Virus record (IMG/VR): IMGVR_UViG_3300047457_001216
Coordinates: 1 to 57,294 of that record
Source: a virus
Lineage: Duplodnaviria > Caudoviricetes
Length of the DNA: 57,294 nt
Reading direction: 5' to 3' (one strand)
Part shown: positions 26,845 through 35,586 of the stretch, piece by piece
Layout: the number at the start of each line of letters is the position of its first letter
How positions within the stretch are numbered: position 1 is the stretch's first letter
Program-made: the position numbers and the translations under genes
Notes under the pieces: model-generated
Databases searched by the model: none
The model's input: the letters and a program-made list of their open reading frames with translations, nothing else
Told to the model about the DNA's origin: nothing

Positions 26845-27539
26845 GACTGCTGATCGACGTGCAGAGTGTGTACTGGACTGAGGAGTGCAGTCGGTACCGT
26901 CTGGCAATGTCTGAGGCGACGCTGGTGGAGAGCCTCAAGCATCTGGACATGACCGGGATCGAGGCATGCTGCGGGCTGTGGCAGTGCCCGATGGATCCGT
27001 GGTGGAAGCGTCGGCGCGGGATGCTGCAGATTCCCGGGTGGCAGGTCAACCGGTACAACGGGTGCAGCAAACGGCCGATAGGGCACCAGTGTACGCTGTA
27101 CGTCACTGATGACGTGGTGCTGCATCCTGACAGTCTGCAGGTCTGTCGTGAGATCTGGGAGCGGCAGAGGCGGCGGGATGCGAACGGGTCAATTCTGTGG
27201 CATTTCCGCCATGGTCTGGAGATTGGAGCGGACGTGCAGAGGGTGTGTCTGAAGGATGCTCCCGTGCGGTTCGACTGCAACGTGGCGGCCGGACCGGTGG
27301 CGTCGCAGGTGGATTTGCGGTGCGATCCGTTGTGGGCTGTGGCGCGGCATGGAATGCGAGAGCATGAGGTTGAGTCGTTCGAGGGGCCCGGGGTTTTGTG
27401 GAAATCGTGTGCTGTGAATATGATCAGGAGATACTCGAAGACGCGGATGATTACGGGAACGTGGAGTGGTGCGAGGGCGTTCTGGCACAAATCCAAATCC
27501 TGCTTCCGTCGTGCGGGGTACAGGAACTGTCGGCGATGA
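26841..27539 (+). CDS. possible diverged glycosyltransferase-like protein
   Basis: SRYRL...LVESL and YVTDDVVL resemble putative rhamnosyltransferase-like proteins; coupled to the GT cluster. Confidence 0.4.
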   Translation: MRLLIDVQSVYWTEECSRYRLAMSEATLVESLKHLDMTGIEACCGLWQCPMDPWWKRRRGMLQIPGWQVNRYNGCSKRPIGHQCTLYVTDDVVLHPDSLQVCREIWERQRRRDANGSILWHFRHGLEIGADVQRVCLKDAPVRFDCNVAAGPVASQVDLRCDPLWAVARHGMREHEVESFEGPGVLWKSCAVNMIRRYSKTRMITGTWSGARAFWHKSKSCFRRAGYRNCRR

Positions 27540-27880
27540 CTGAGATGCTGTGGTACTGTCTGGTGGTGTCTGGTGTGAGTGTGACGATGGGTCAGATGCA
27601 CGGGCCGTTTGGTCTGTGCTATGATTTCCGCCGATGGGTTGAGAAAAAGATCCAGTTTGGCGGTCCCGACAATGCTTTCGAGAGAGCGAAACGCATCCAG
27701 CAGTATGAGTGGATTTTGGTGGGCGTGAAGTGTCCGATCTGTTGGTCGTTCTGGGTGTCGCTGGTGGCTGCTGTGATTTGGGCCCCGACTCTGGAATGGC
27801 GAGTGTTGTTACAATACTGGCTCGGTGGCATGGGGTTCGTAACAGTAGTGATGCTGTTGAGTCCCCCGTCGAACGAGTGA
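27536..27880 (+). CDS. membrane protein with CxxC (DUF1360-like)
   Basis: GPFG...FR, KCPICWSFW followed by hydrophobic helices. Confidence 0.75.
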   Translation: MTEMLWYCLVVSGVSVTMGQMHGPFGLCYDFRRWVEKKIQFGGPDNAFERAKRIQQYEWILVGVKCPICWSFWVSLVAAVIWAPTLEWRVLLQYWLGGMGFVTVVMLLSPPSNE

Positions 27881-27883
27881 CCT

Positions 27884-27940
27884 GGCCCGGGATGCCAGCC
27901 GGATGCCACAGCGGCTGGACGCCCCATCCCGGGCCTTTTT
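27884..27940 (+). terminator. long stem-loop with T-tract
   Basis: GGCCCGGGATG...CATCCCGGGCC outer stem, CCAGCCG/CGGCTGG inner stem, TTTTT. Confidence 0.6.
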
Positions 27941-27951
27941 AAGGCTTTGCC

Positions 27952-28296
27952 ATGAGTTATGCCTACGAACATGTAGAAGTGCTTCGGTTTCTGGACGGGG
28001 ACACTGTCGAGTTGCGTATCGACATGGGCAACTCCATCCACTGGACCGGAAAGTTTCGGCTTTATGGCGTGGATACGCCAGAGCTGCATGGAGACACTCA
28101 GGCTGCAGGGCAGATGGCTGCCGACTATCTGCGGGCATTGATTGCTGCCTTTGGCATACTGGAGGTCCAGACGTTCAAGCCGGACAAGTTCGGGCGGTGG
28201 TTGGCGAAGATTCAGCTCCGGGATGGGCGTGACGTCTCTGAGTGTTTGGTTAATGCCGGTCATGCTGTGTGGTACTGGGGAGGCAAGAAGGCATGA
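27952..28296 (+). CDS. staphylococcal nuclease-like (thermonuclease) protein
   Basis: DGDT, RLYGVDTPE, DKFGRWLA, L-x-x-GHA motifs. Confidence 0.93.
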   Translation: MSYAYEHVEVLRFLDGDTVELRIDMGNSIHWTGKFRLYGVDTPELHGDTQAAGQMAADYLRALIAAFGILEVQTFKPDKFGRWLAKIQLRDGRDVSECLVNAGHAVWYWGGKKA

Positions 28297-28679
28297 CTCC
28301 ACAGATCACAGATGGAAGCGATCTTCCGGTTTGCCTGCTGGGTGACCGGCTGGTTTTCTATTCCACTGTTGACTGTGTTGCCTATTGCCCGCTACGTGTT
28401 GTGTTGGAGTGTCCCGAGGGTGCAAGCTGGGATGGTGCGACGATACCGAAATACTGCTGGTCGCTGATTGGCCATCCGCTGCAGAAAGAGTTTCGCTTTG
28501 CGAGTCTGTTTCACGATAGGTCGTGTGAGCGGGCGGAGACTCTGGAGCAGCGAGCGATCGGTGATGCGATATTCCGAGACCTGTTGAGACAGGCCGGTGT
28601 GTGTTGGTGGAGGAGAACAGCCATGTGGTTGGCTGTTCGTGTTTATGGTGTGTACCTGATGAGAAAGAGGGCGTTATGA
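28293..28679 (+). CDS. DUF1353-like protein
   Basis: PEG-x-x-WDGATIP, ASLFHD, D-x-IF, MWLAVR motifs. Confidence 0.85.
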   Translation: MTPQITDGSDLPVCLLGDRLVFYSTVDCVAYCPLRVVLECPEGASWDGATIPKYCWSLIGHPLQKEFRFASLFHDRSCERAETLEQRAIGDAIFRDLLRQAGVCWWRRTAMWLAVRVYGVYLMRKRAL

Positions 28680-29140
28680 ATGCGTCAAAGTTTTGCGGTC
28701 TGGTTGCCACCAGTCTTGGTGGCGGGAATGTCAAGATGGTTGCCAGCAGTCCGGACGCGACTCCGCAGACTGTCGGCAATCCGGTGATTCTGCTGATCCT
28801 TCAGGGGCTGCTGCCGCTGATCCCGAGTTTCATCGAAGGCTGCAAGAAGCGACGTGGCGGCATCGACAACACTCAGCCTGTCCAGCCTCAGGTGGCTGCT
28901 CGGCACATGGACGAGAAGTCTCGCCGTGAGCAGATCATGGCATTGGCTGTACAGTTGAAGAAGCAGGCGCAGCAGAACATCCGGGAGGAAAAGCGTCGTG
29001 CGGGCCGCCACGGTGCTCCGGACATCGGGCGGTGGCAGTTGACGGACGAGTCGTTTGTCGCGATGGCCTCCCATACCGTCAGCACATACTGCAAACTGAA
29101 GCCGGTGGAAGCGGCTGCACTGGTACCGATGGCTCTGTGA
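28676..29140 (+). CDS. hypothetical membrane-associated protein
   Basis: Hydrophobic segment PVILLILQGLLPLIPSFIEGC; ATGA overlap. Confidence 0.7.
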   Translation: MNASKFCGLVATSLGGGNVKMVASSPDATPQTVGNPVILLILQGLLPLIPSFIEGCKKRRGGIDNTQPVQPQVAARHMDEKSRREQIMALAVQLKKQAQQNIREEKRRAGRHGAPDIGRWQLTDESFVAMASHTVSTYCKLKPVEAAALVPMAL

Positions 29141-29181
29141 GCGTGTGGTAATTCTGTCTCTGTGGCAAGGGAGTTTGGGCG

Positions 29182-29856
29182 ATGTTCATGTCATTACTGT
29201 TGTTGTTTGCGCTACTGCAGGACGGCGGTAGTGGCATCGAGTTTCCGATGGGGCAGGTGATGCAGGAGGCTGCGCCTGCCCCTCGGCCGATTGATACGCT
29301 GTTTCTGGATGAGTTCTATCTGATCCAGAGCGATGTGCCGTTGCTGATTCTGTCCAGCCCTGTCGGGGTTGTGGATGTGACGGCATCGAAGAAGGGAACG
29401 ATCGTCAACTCGAAGTTCGCCGGCGGATCCGGAAAGAACGAGGTTCGGACGGTTGAGCGGGAGTGGGGATATCTGGTCAATGGGATGGCCGGCGGTGCGG
29501 TCGAGCTGATCGTGATCCCGGCCGGGACGACTGACCTGAGTGCGATGCGGCGTGCTTTGCTGCAGGTGCAGGCTCGGAAGGGCCAAACGATCAACCCGGA
29601 TCCGCAGGATGAAGTCGATGTGGCGTTCCTGCAGTACGAGCGGGAATGGAGGCAGATTCAGGAGCGGCTGATCGAGAAGCTCGACAACGGCGAGATCAGC
29701 AGTCAGGAAGATGCGGCGAAATGGTTTGGTGCTGAGCATGTGCAGGCGAGGATGCGGGCGTTCGAGCCATTGCTGCAGAAGGAACAGCAGGCCTTCGGCC
29801 AGGCTTGGACGGCTGCAGGTCATGCGGAGTACATCCGGAGGTATGTCAGGCCATGA
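29182..29856 (+). CDS. hypothetical exported protein
   Basis: N-terminal signal-like MFMSLLLLFALLQ; AGGGAG RBS. Confidence 0.75.
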   Translation: MFMSLLLLFALLQDGGSGIEFPMGQVMQEAAPAPRPIDTLFLDEFYLIQSDVPLLILSSPVGVVDVTASKKGTIVNSKFAGGSGKNEVRTVEREWGYLVNGMAGGAVELIVIPAGTTDLSAMRRALLQVQARKGQTINPDPQDEVDVAFLQYEREWRQIQERLIEKLDNGEISSQEDAAKWFGAEHVQARMRAFEPLLQKEQQAFGQAWTAAGHAEYIRRYVRP

Positions 29857-30728
29857 CTGAGAATATCAATGGACTGGTCGTGCCTCAGGAGCACGAGATC
29901 AAATGGTTGACCGGGGTTCGCACTGTCAGGTCGTGGGCGAAGTCTGACTTCCCAAACTGGGATCAGGTCCTGATGGATCCGAAACTCAGTCCCGTCGGGG
30001 TGATGGAGATTGAGAATCAGGAGCAGTCTGACTGCAACGGGAACACCTGTGCGAACAATCTCGAATGGCAGGATTATGTCCTGTCTGGCCGAACCAAGAT
30101 GCAGAAGGCATCTGAGATCGCAGCGTACACGCTGTGTGAATTCCTGATGGACCCGTCAGGCCGTGGTGTGGGTCTGGACCGTGGTACGAGCATCCACAGC
30201 GCGACGCGGCTTCTGATTGGCGGTGTGCCCCAGTTCGGGCTGGAGCCGGGTGTTCCGTATGAGGCTCAGTGGCCGTATTCACGGTACTGCCGTTCGCTGC
30301 GCGAGCTGAGATCCTTCGCCCCGGGTAAGCCGGTCATGCCGTCGACGGTGGCTCAGGTGGACGACATGCCACCATGGGACGATCTGTTGCCGAGTCTGGC
30401 TGCAGGCTGTGTGTGCCAGATTGGCACGAAGTGGCCGCCGAGGTTCAAGACGCCGGGCGGTCAGTTTGGCAGGTTCCGTCTGATGGATGACGCTCCGACG
30501 GGTGCCGGCGGGCATGCGACTGCGATCCTATGGGGTGTCAAGATCGCCGGAAGCTGGTACCTGATCGTGTGGAACAGTCACGGGTACGGTGCCTACCTGA
30601 TGTCTCGACGGTGTTATGAGTCTCTGCAGCGGTCTCAGTTTGCTCCGTTCGGGGCGTATCTTCTGAGCCCGAAGGATCCGGTGTCTGTTTACAACCGAGT
30701 TTTGAGTGGTGGAGGGTACTATGACTGA
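29853..30728 (+). CDS. papain-like (C1A) cysteine peptidase
   Basis: NQ-x-x-SDC (Gln/Cys), D-x-GTSI, E-x-x-WPY, GGHA (His), WNSHG (Asn). Confidence 0.85.
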   Translation: MTENINGLVVPQEHEIKWLTGVRTVRSWAKSDFPNWDQVLMDPKLSPVGVMEIENQEQSDCNGNTCANNLEWQDYVLSGRTKMQKASEIAAYTLCEFLMDPSGRGVGLDRGTSIHSATRLLIGGVPQFGLEPGVPYEAQWPYSRYCRSLRELRSFAPGKPVMPSTVAQVDDMPPWDDLLPSLAAGCVCQIGTKWPPRFKTPGGQFGRFRLMDDAPTGAGGHATAILWGVKIAGSWYLIVWNSHGYGAYLMSRRCYESLQRSQFAPFGAYLLSPKDPVSVYNRVLSGGGYYD

Positions 30729-31218
30729 AGAACGTGCAAGAGGAATGATGATCGGTTGGTGTCTGGGCATTGTGCTGTGTGCGGTGGTGGCAGGAGTGTT
30801 GCATACCGGGCAGATGCAGAAACTGCAGGCAGACGAGCAGCAGAGGCCCATAGGCGTCGCTGGTGACATTGCCCTGCTGTCTGATCGGGTGGCGAGGCTG
30901 GAGGCCCGTGTCGAGGCTCTGGAGGGCGGCTCACGTGCCGAGGAGGCCTCGGCATCTGCGGCCGAGGAGGCCTTCGTCGAGGAACTGCCGGTGCTGGAAG
31001 TGCAGAGCGAGAGCTGGTGTGCTGCCTGCAAGGTGTTCGAGGCCGATGTGGCGGCGAACGGGCAGGAGGGGAAAAAGTGGCGACTGAAGCGGGTGAATCT
31101 GAAATCCTCTTCTATACCTGCCTTCAGATTCACCGGCAAAGGTGGAACACCGCAGACCACTGTAGGGTATACCCGTGGTCGATTGTCGCAATGGCTTGGT
31201 GAGATGGGAGTGCGGTAG
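30721..31218 (+). CDS. membrane-anchored thioredoxin-like protein
   Basis: N-terminal TM helix, coiled coil, WCAACK, SIPAF cis-Pro loop, VGY. Confidence 0.8.
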   Translation: MTEERARGMMIGWCLGIVLCAVVAGVLHTGQMQKLQADEQQRPIGVAGDIALLSDRVARLEARVEALEGGSRAEEASASAAEEAFVEELPVLEVQSESWCAACKVFEADVAANGQEGKKWRLKRVNLKSSSIPAFRFTGKGGTPQTTVGYTRGRLSQWLGEMGVR

Positions 31219-31272
31219 GTACCATCCTGCGTCATTACGCGAAAACGACGACACCTGTTGGTGGACAGTGGG

Positions 31273-31485
31273 ATGACACGGGATGATAACGACGATCGGG
31301 AACAGGAAGGGCTGTCTGTTGATACACCGACTGTCAGGGTTGGTGCGAGTCAGCAGACAGTCCGTCGTTTTCTGGATCTGGCTGCGAAGCATTCTGGGGC
31401 GGCTTGGCCGTGGCTGGTGTATGCGATCGCATTTGCCTTGGTACTGATATCTGCTGGAGCTGCGTGGAGGCTTGCGACACGATGA
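31273..31485 (+). CDS. small single-TM protein (holin-like candidate)
   Basis: C-terminal hydrophobic helix WLVYAIAFALVLISAGAAW. Confidence 0.55.
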   Translation: MTRDDNDDREQEGLSVDTPTVRVGASQQTVRRFLDLAAKHSGAAWPWLVYAIAFALVLISAGAAWRLATR

Positions 31486-31952
31486 GCGCGATGACAAACA
31501 ATGAGATCTGCGGATGGCTGCTCATGGCGTGGGCTCAGATCGTCATGGCGTGGTACGTGATGCGGTTGGCCTTGCAGCAGAAGGGCCACTGTCGGCATAT
31601 CGGCCGGTGGCTGGGGATTGTGTTGTTCCTGAATTCTCCGGTATTGCTGACCAGTTTGACGGGCCGGCTGTGGCTGGTGTGTTGTGAGCAGCAGCAGGAG
31701 TTGATGGAGTTGGAGATTTTGGCGAGTGGTCGTGCGATCCCAGTGAAGGAGCAGAGAGATGTCCTTGAAGTTGTTTACACCACCCGAGGACAATTCGGGG
31801 AGTACAGCATCGCCCGAACAGTCTCCGGACAGGTGCGCGGAGCTGCGGAACGCACTGGACTCGACGGTCTACGAGATGGATCGTCTGTTGCTGCAGATGG
31901 CCGATCGCTTGCAGAGATTGCACGACTGCGAGCAGCAGGTGCAGCGTACTGA
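31482..31952 (+). CDS. two-TM membrane protein (holin-like candidate)
   Basis: Two hydrophobic helices; ATGA overlap. Confidence 0.55.
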   Translation: MSAMTNNEICGWLLMAWAQIVMAWYVMRLALQQKGHCRHIGRWLGIVLFLNSPVLLTSLTGRLWLVCCEQQQELMELEILASGRAIPVKEQRDVLEVVYTTRGQFGEYSIARTVSGQVRGAAERTGLDGLRDGSSVAADGRSLAEIARLRAAGAAY

Positions 31953-32061
31953 TGGGTTTGGCAGTGTTGACATCGCTCCGATTGCCGAGTTGCTGACAGC
32001 GATGGCTCGGTTCAAAGAACGGATTGCACCCACACAACAGGCAGTCACAGATGGCAATTGA
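31759..32061 (+). CDS. hypothetical coiled-coil protein
   Basis: AAGGAG/GAGAG upstream; ends overlapping fibre gene start. Confidence 0.6.
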   Translation: MSLKLFTPPEDNSGSTASPEQSPDRCAELRNALDSTVYEMDRLLLQMADRLQRLHDCEQQVQRTDGFGSVDIAPIAELLTAMARFKERIAPTQQAVTDGN

Positions 32062-33187
32062 AGCCCTCTTATCAACACAGATCATCGACACCACAACGGT
32101 GGGGCGGTCGGTGATGACTGCCATAGATGCAACAGCGGCACGGACTGCCCTCGGGCTGGGCACACTCAGCACCCAGAACGGCACCATCACCGATTATCTG
32201 ACGACCGCTGCAGCAGCCACCACGTATCAACCACTGGACGGCGATTTGACGGCACTGGCGGCACTCAGCGGAACGAATAACATCTACTACCGATCCGCTG
32301 CAAACACATGGAGCAGCGTGACAATCGGAACCGGGCTGACGTTCACGGGCGGGACACTGGCGGCGAGCGGCGGTAGCGGGATCAGCAGCCTCAACGGGCT
32401 GACAGACGCAACCCAAACATTTGCGGCGGGCACGAGCGGGACCGACGTGGCGTGGGTCAGTTCGGCAGGCGTCCACACTCTAAACATCCCGTCAGCGAGT
32501 GCGACGGCGAGGGGGTTAGTCACTACAGGCACACAGACGATTGCTGGAGCAAAGACGTTTTCTTCCAAGATTACAGCACCAGCAACTGGACAAGCGAGTA
32601 CCGGCGGAATTGGAAACGCAGGTAATGGAATAGACTTTGCTGAAGGTGTTTTAGTTTACATTACTGGCCGTGGTTTAAGTCAAAGATATCCGGTCTACAT
32701 AACAGGGAACAGTTCTTCGGGCAGTGTCCCGACTGTCAAGTTAGCATCCGACTGTGTAATATCGTGGGAATCCGCAACAGATCCCGGAACCAGTCCAAGT
32801 CCCGGTTCTTTACAGCTAGCAAGATGGGCCAACGACCATCTGACTCAACGGCGTGGAACTAACGCACAGACGTTTTCTGTTACGAATACGTACAGCAGTG
32901 ATACGTCTTTTGAAAGAGTGACGATCGGCTGGTCCGCCAACGTCTGCACAATCACGACCGAGAAAGGATCGGCTGGTGGTACGCTGCGAGGGCTGCGGAT
33001 TGGCGATGCATCAACGGCACTGCTCGGATTCTATGGGGCCACAGCAATCGTACAACCGGGAACTGGCGTGGCATCAGCCACGCGAGTCGGCGGCGGTGGA
33101 ACGGCACTGACAGACACTGACACATTCGACGGCTACACGATTGGCCAAGTCGTTAAGGCACTGCGAAACTTAGGATTCCTCGCATGA
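32051..33187 (+). CDS. tail fibre/spike-like protein
   Basis: Thr/Gly/Ala-rich; ARTALGLG, YQPLD-x-DLTALA, GLVTTGTQTIAGAKTF, LGFYGAT, ALRNLG fibre motifs. Confidence 0.8.
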   Translation: MAIEALLSTQIIDTTTVGRSVMTAIDATAARTALGLGTLSTQNGTITDYLTTAAAATTYQPLDGDLTALAALSGTNNIYYRSAANTWSSVTIGTGLTFTGGTLAASGGSGISSLNGLTDATQTFAAGTSGTDVAWVSSAGVHTLNIPSASATARGLVTTGTQTIAGAKTFSSKITAPATGQASTGGIGNAGNGIDFAEGVLVYITGRGLSQRYPVYITGNSSSGSVPTVKLASDCVISWESATDPGTSPSPGSLQLARWANDHLTQRRGTNAQTFSVTNTYSSDTSFERVTIGWSANVCTITTEKGSAGGTLRGLRIGDASTALLGFYGATAIVQPGTGVASATRVGGGGTALTDTDTFDGYTIGQVVKALRNLGFLA

Positions 33188-33582
33188 GCACAGGCACACA
33201 GACAGGCTACCCGTTGCCACCAGTGGCATTCGACGCGAACGAATGGGCACGGAATAAAATACTGCGAGCGAATCAGTTGCAGGAGTTAATCTTGCAGCAG
33301 TTCATGGCAGCCTATCAGGATTTCTGGGGTGTCAGCGATCCGCCGAACGGCAGCGTGCATACTGTGCAGCAGATGCAAGACATCATCAATGCCATGCCAC
33401 AAGCGACGGCACTGGACATTATGCAGGACAGCCGAGGATTCTCGGCTTACATTGAATCGGCATATCCCGGCGTCCTACCTGCGAAATATCGGGATTCGGC
33501 TTTCGATGTCACGATCACGAATAACACAATCATTGTGGGCAGCCTGAAGCCCGCATGGGCAGCCCCTCCTGAGGTAACGTAA
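33184..33582 (+). CDS. hypothetical protein (possible fibre chaperone)
   Basis: Coupled to fibre gene. Confidence 0.65.
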   Translation: MSTGTQTGYPLPPVAFDANEWARNKILRANQLQELILQQFMAAYQDFWGVSDPPNGSVHTVQQMQDIINAMPQATALDIMQDSRGFSAYIESAYPGVLPAKYRDSAFDVTITNNTIIVGSLKPAWAAPPEVT

Positions 33583-34973
33583 TGGCAACGCAAACCGTCG
33601 AATTCCGAGCAGCCCCAGGCCTCACGCTGACAGCCAAACTGTTTACGGCTGGCAGCGATACCGTTGTTCAGACGGCATCAGCAGTCACCGAAGCCACAAA
33701 CCGCAAAGGCACCTACGCAGCCACGTTCACCGATCCCGGTGCGGCTGAGTTCGAGTTGATTGCGTTCAGTGGGACTACGCCGGTGTGTCGCTGGCTTTGT
33801 ACGCTGACACTTACGACGGCGACATTTCAGGCGTATGAGGTCAGGGTGTCCTCTGTTGTGAATTCCGTCGGCAGTATCAACGGCATCACCTTCCCGGCGA
33901 ATTTCGGCACACTCGGAATCAACAGCAGCGGACACCTGCTGCGTACTGTTCTGGTGGACACGACGACCACAAACAGCGATATGCGAGGCACCGATGGTGC
34001 TGCGCTGGCGTCGCACTACACGGCCGGCCGAGCACAGTATCTCGACAACCTGAACGTGGGCGGTGCAGTGGCGTCGCAGGCGGACATCGCTGCACTGAAT
34101 CAGTCTGCGAGTCGTCGCGTGACGCTGGCGACTGTGGTCCAGTACGAGCGACCGGAGACGGGCAGCACTGGATACACGGTCGAGGCTCGCACGTATGACG
34201 GCGACGGGAACGCGGTCAACGCTGACTCGACACCGACACTGACTGCGACGGGCTCTGTCACTGGCTCCCTCAGCGGCAATCTGGGCTCGGCAACGAACCC
34301 GGCGACTGGCGTGTATCGGTGGACGTACACTGTGGCCAACACGGCGACAGTGGAGCAGGTGCGGTACGATCTGTCGGCGACAATCTCGGCCGTCACGTTC
34401 ACCCAGAGTGCGTTCACTCAAGTCACGGATCTGGTGTCCGCAACGTGGACAAGCACGGATGCGTCCAGGCTGTTGGCGGTGTACAACAAACTGCCGAGCA
34501 GGTCGTATCTGACAGGTGCGACGGCAGCCACTGGAGAACTGGTGCCCGGGGATATTCTGAACCAGTTGCCGTCTGCAGGCTGGACGAACGGCAGTTTCGG
34601 GGACCGCTTGTTGGTCGGGGCGAACTCCAACAGGACCGTGCAGGTCACCGGGGCTGGGCATGCTGCTGCGGATGTGCATGAGTTCCAGCCCGGAGTCCTG
34701 ACCGCTGCTGACACAGACGCAACCTTCCGGGCGATGATCAACACGGAGGTGCTGGATGTGCTGGCAACGGATCTGTTTACCGAGCTGTCGACGATTCCGG
34801 CGGCCAGCAGCAGCCTAAAGGACAAGATCACCTTCCTGTTCATGCTGGCGCGGAACAAAATGACATCCAGTTCAACGACGGCGACTCTGTTCCGGGACGA
34901 CGGGACGACGACTGTCGGCACCAGTCCGCAGAGTGAGTTGGCTGGTGTGTTCACTCGGGGAGAGTTCTCGTGA
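33582..34973 (+). CDS. virion fibre/appendage protein with Ig-like segments
   Basis: Thr/Ala-rich; TEA...GTY and ATGVYRWTY beta-sandwich motifs. Confidence 0.7.
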   Translation: MATQTVEFRAAPGLTLTAKLFTAGSDTVVQTASAVTEATNRKGTYAATFTDPGAAEFELIAFSGTTPVCRWLCTLTLTTATFQAYEVRVSSVVNSVGSINGITFPANFGTLGINSSGHLLRTVLVDTTTTNSDMRGTDGAALASHYTAGRAQYLDNLNVGGAVASQADIAALNQSASRRVTLATVVQYERPETGSTGYTVEARTYDGDGNAVNADSTPTLTATGSVTGSLSGNLGSATNPATGVYRWTYTVANTATVEQVRYDLSATISAVTFTQSAFTQVTDLVSATWTSTDASRLLAVYNKLPSRSYLTGATAATGELVPGDILNQLPSAGWTNGSFGDRLLVGANSNRTVQVTGAGHAAADVHEFQPGVLTAADTDATFRAMINTEVLDVLATDLFTELSTIPAASSSLKDKITFLFMLARNKMTSSSTTATLFRDDGTTTVGTSPQSELAGVFTRGEFS

Positions 34974-35224
34974 ACCTGAGAGCGGCATTACAGCTCGGGA
35001 AACCGTTCCGAGTGACATTGCCTGCTGCCGATGGTACCATCGACAGTGCGGACCGCGCACACCTTGTGTTTGCGTACTATGTGGCGCCGCAGGAGATCGG
35101 GGAAGCCCGGTGTGGCTGGGTGGCAGGCGTCGAGGACAGGGTGTGGCTGCGGCGGTGGCAGGGGCGTGTGTGGTTTGTGGGTGCGTCTGAGAGTGTGTTT
35201 ACGGGGAGGCCGTGCTCATCATGA
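34970..35224 (+). CDS. hypothetical protein
   Basis: GTGA/ATGA coupling; LP-x-ADGTID-x-ADR. Confidence 0.65.
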   Translation: MNLRAALQLGKPFRVTLPAADGTIDSADRAHLVFAYYVAPQEIGEARCGWVAGVEDRVWLRRWQGRVWFVGASESVFTGRPCSS

Positions 35225-35586
35225 CATGCGGAGAATCTGACAACGTCATCTGCAAGCATGTGCTGGCGACGAAGACGTTCTACGTGGATCTCAACACTTT
35301 ACCGATCGGTGTCACGGTCGTCTCTGCGACTGCTCAGGCTGCTGAGGATGCGTCTCTGATCGTCGAGGCGATCGAGGTGGTGCAGGCTGACACGACGATC
35401 GAGACGGCAACGGCCGGCTGTCAGGACACGGTCCTGTACGCTGACAGGGCGGTGCTGGTGAAACTCAGTGGTGGCGCCCCGACAGGCGAGGAGACACCAC
35501 TGGTTGTCACGTGGACGCAATCAGACGGCGACGTCGACTCCCTGGACTGTCGCGTCCTGATCACCGGATCCGAGCTGGGCACTTAA
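35221..35586 (+). CDS. putative fibre-attachment/adaptor protein
   Basis: K...F-x-VD...V-x-LSGG-x-x-G beta-sandwich pattern; last gene of late operon. Confidence 0.55.
   Translation: MTCGESDNVICKHVLATKTFYVDLNTLPIGVTVVSATAQAAEDASLIVEAIEVVQADTTIETATAGCQDTVLYADRAVLVKLSGGAPTGEETPLVVTWTQSDGDVDSLDCRVLITGSELGT

Noticed and set aside
23287-27539. DNA hypermodification or deazaguanine pathway
   Set aside because: No DpdA, QueC/D, FolE, hydroxymethylase or phage DNA polymerase recognised, and the cluster is in the structural operon; not fully excluded
31482-32061. Rz/Rz1 spanin pair
   Set aside because: The overlapping downstream ORF has no signal peptide or lipobox
32051-34973. Diversity-generating retroelement or invertase-driven fibre switching
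   Set aside because: No reverse transcriptase, recombinase or TR/VR repeat pair seen
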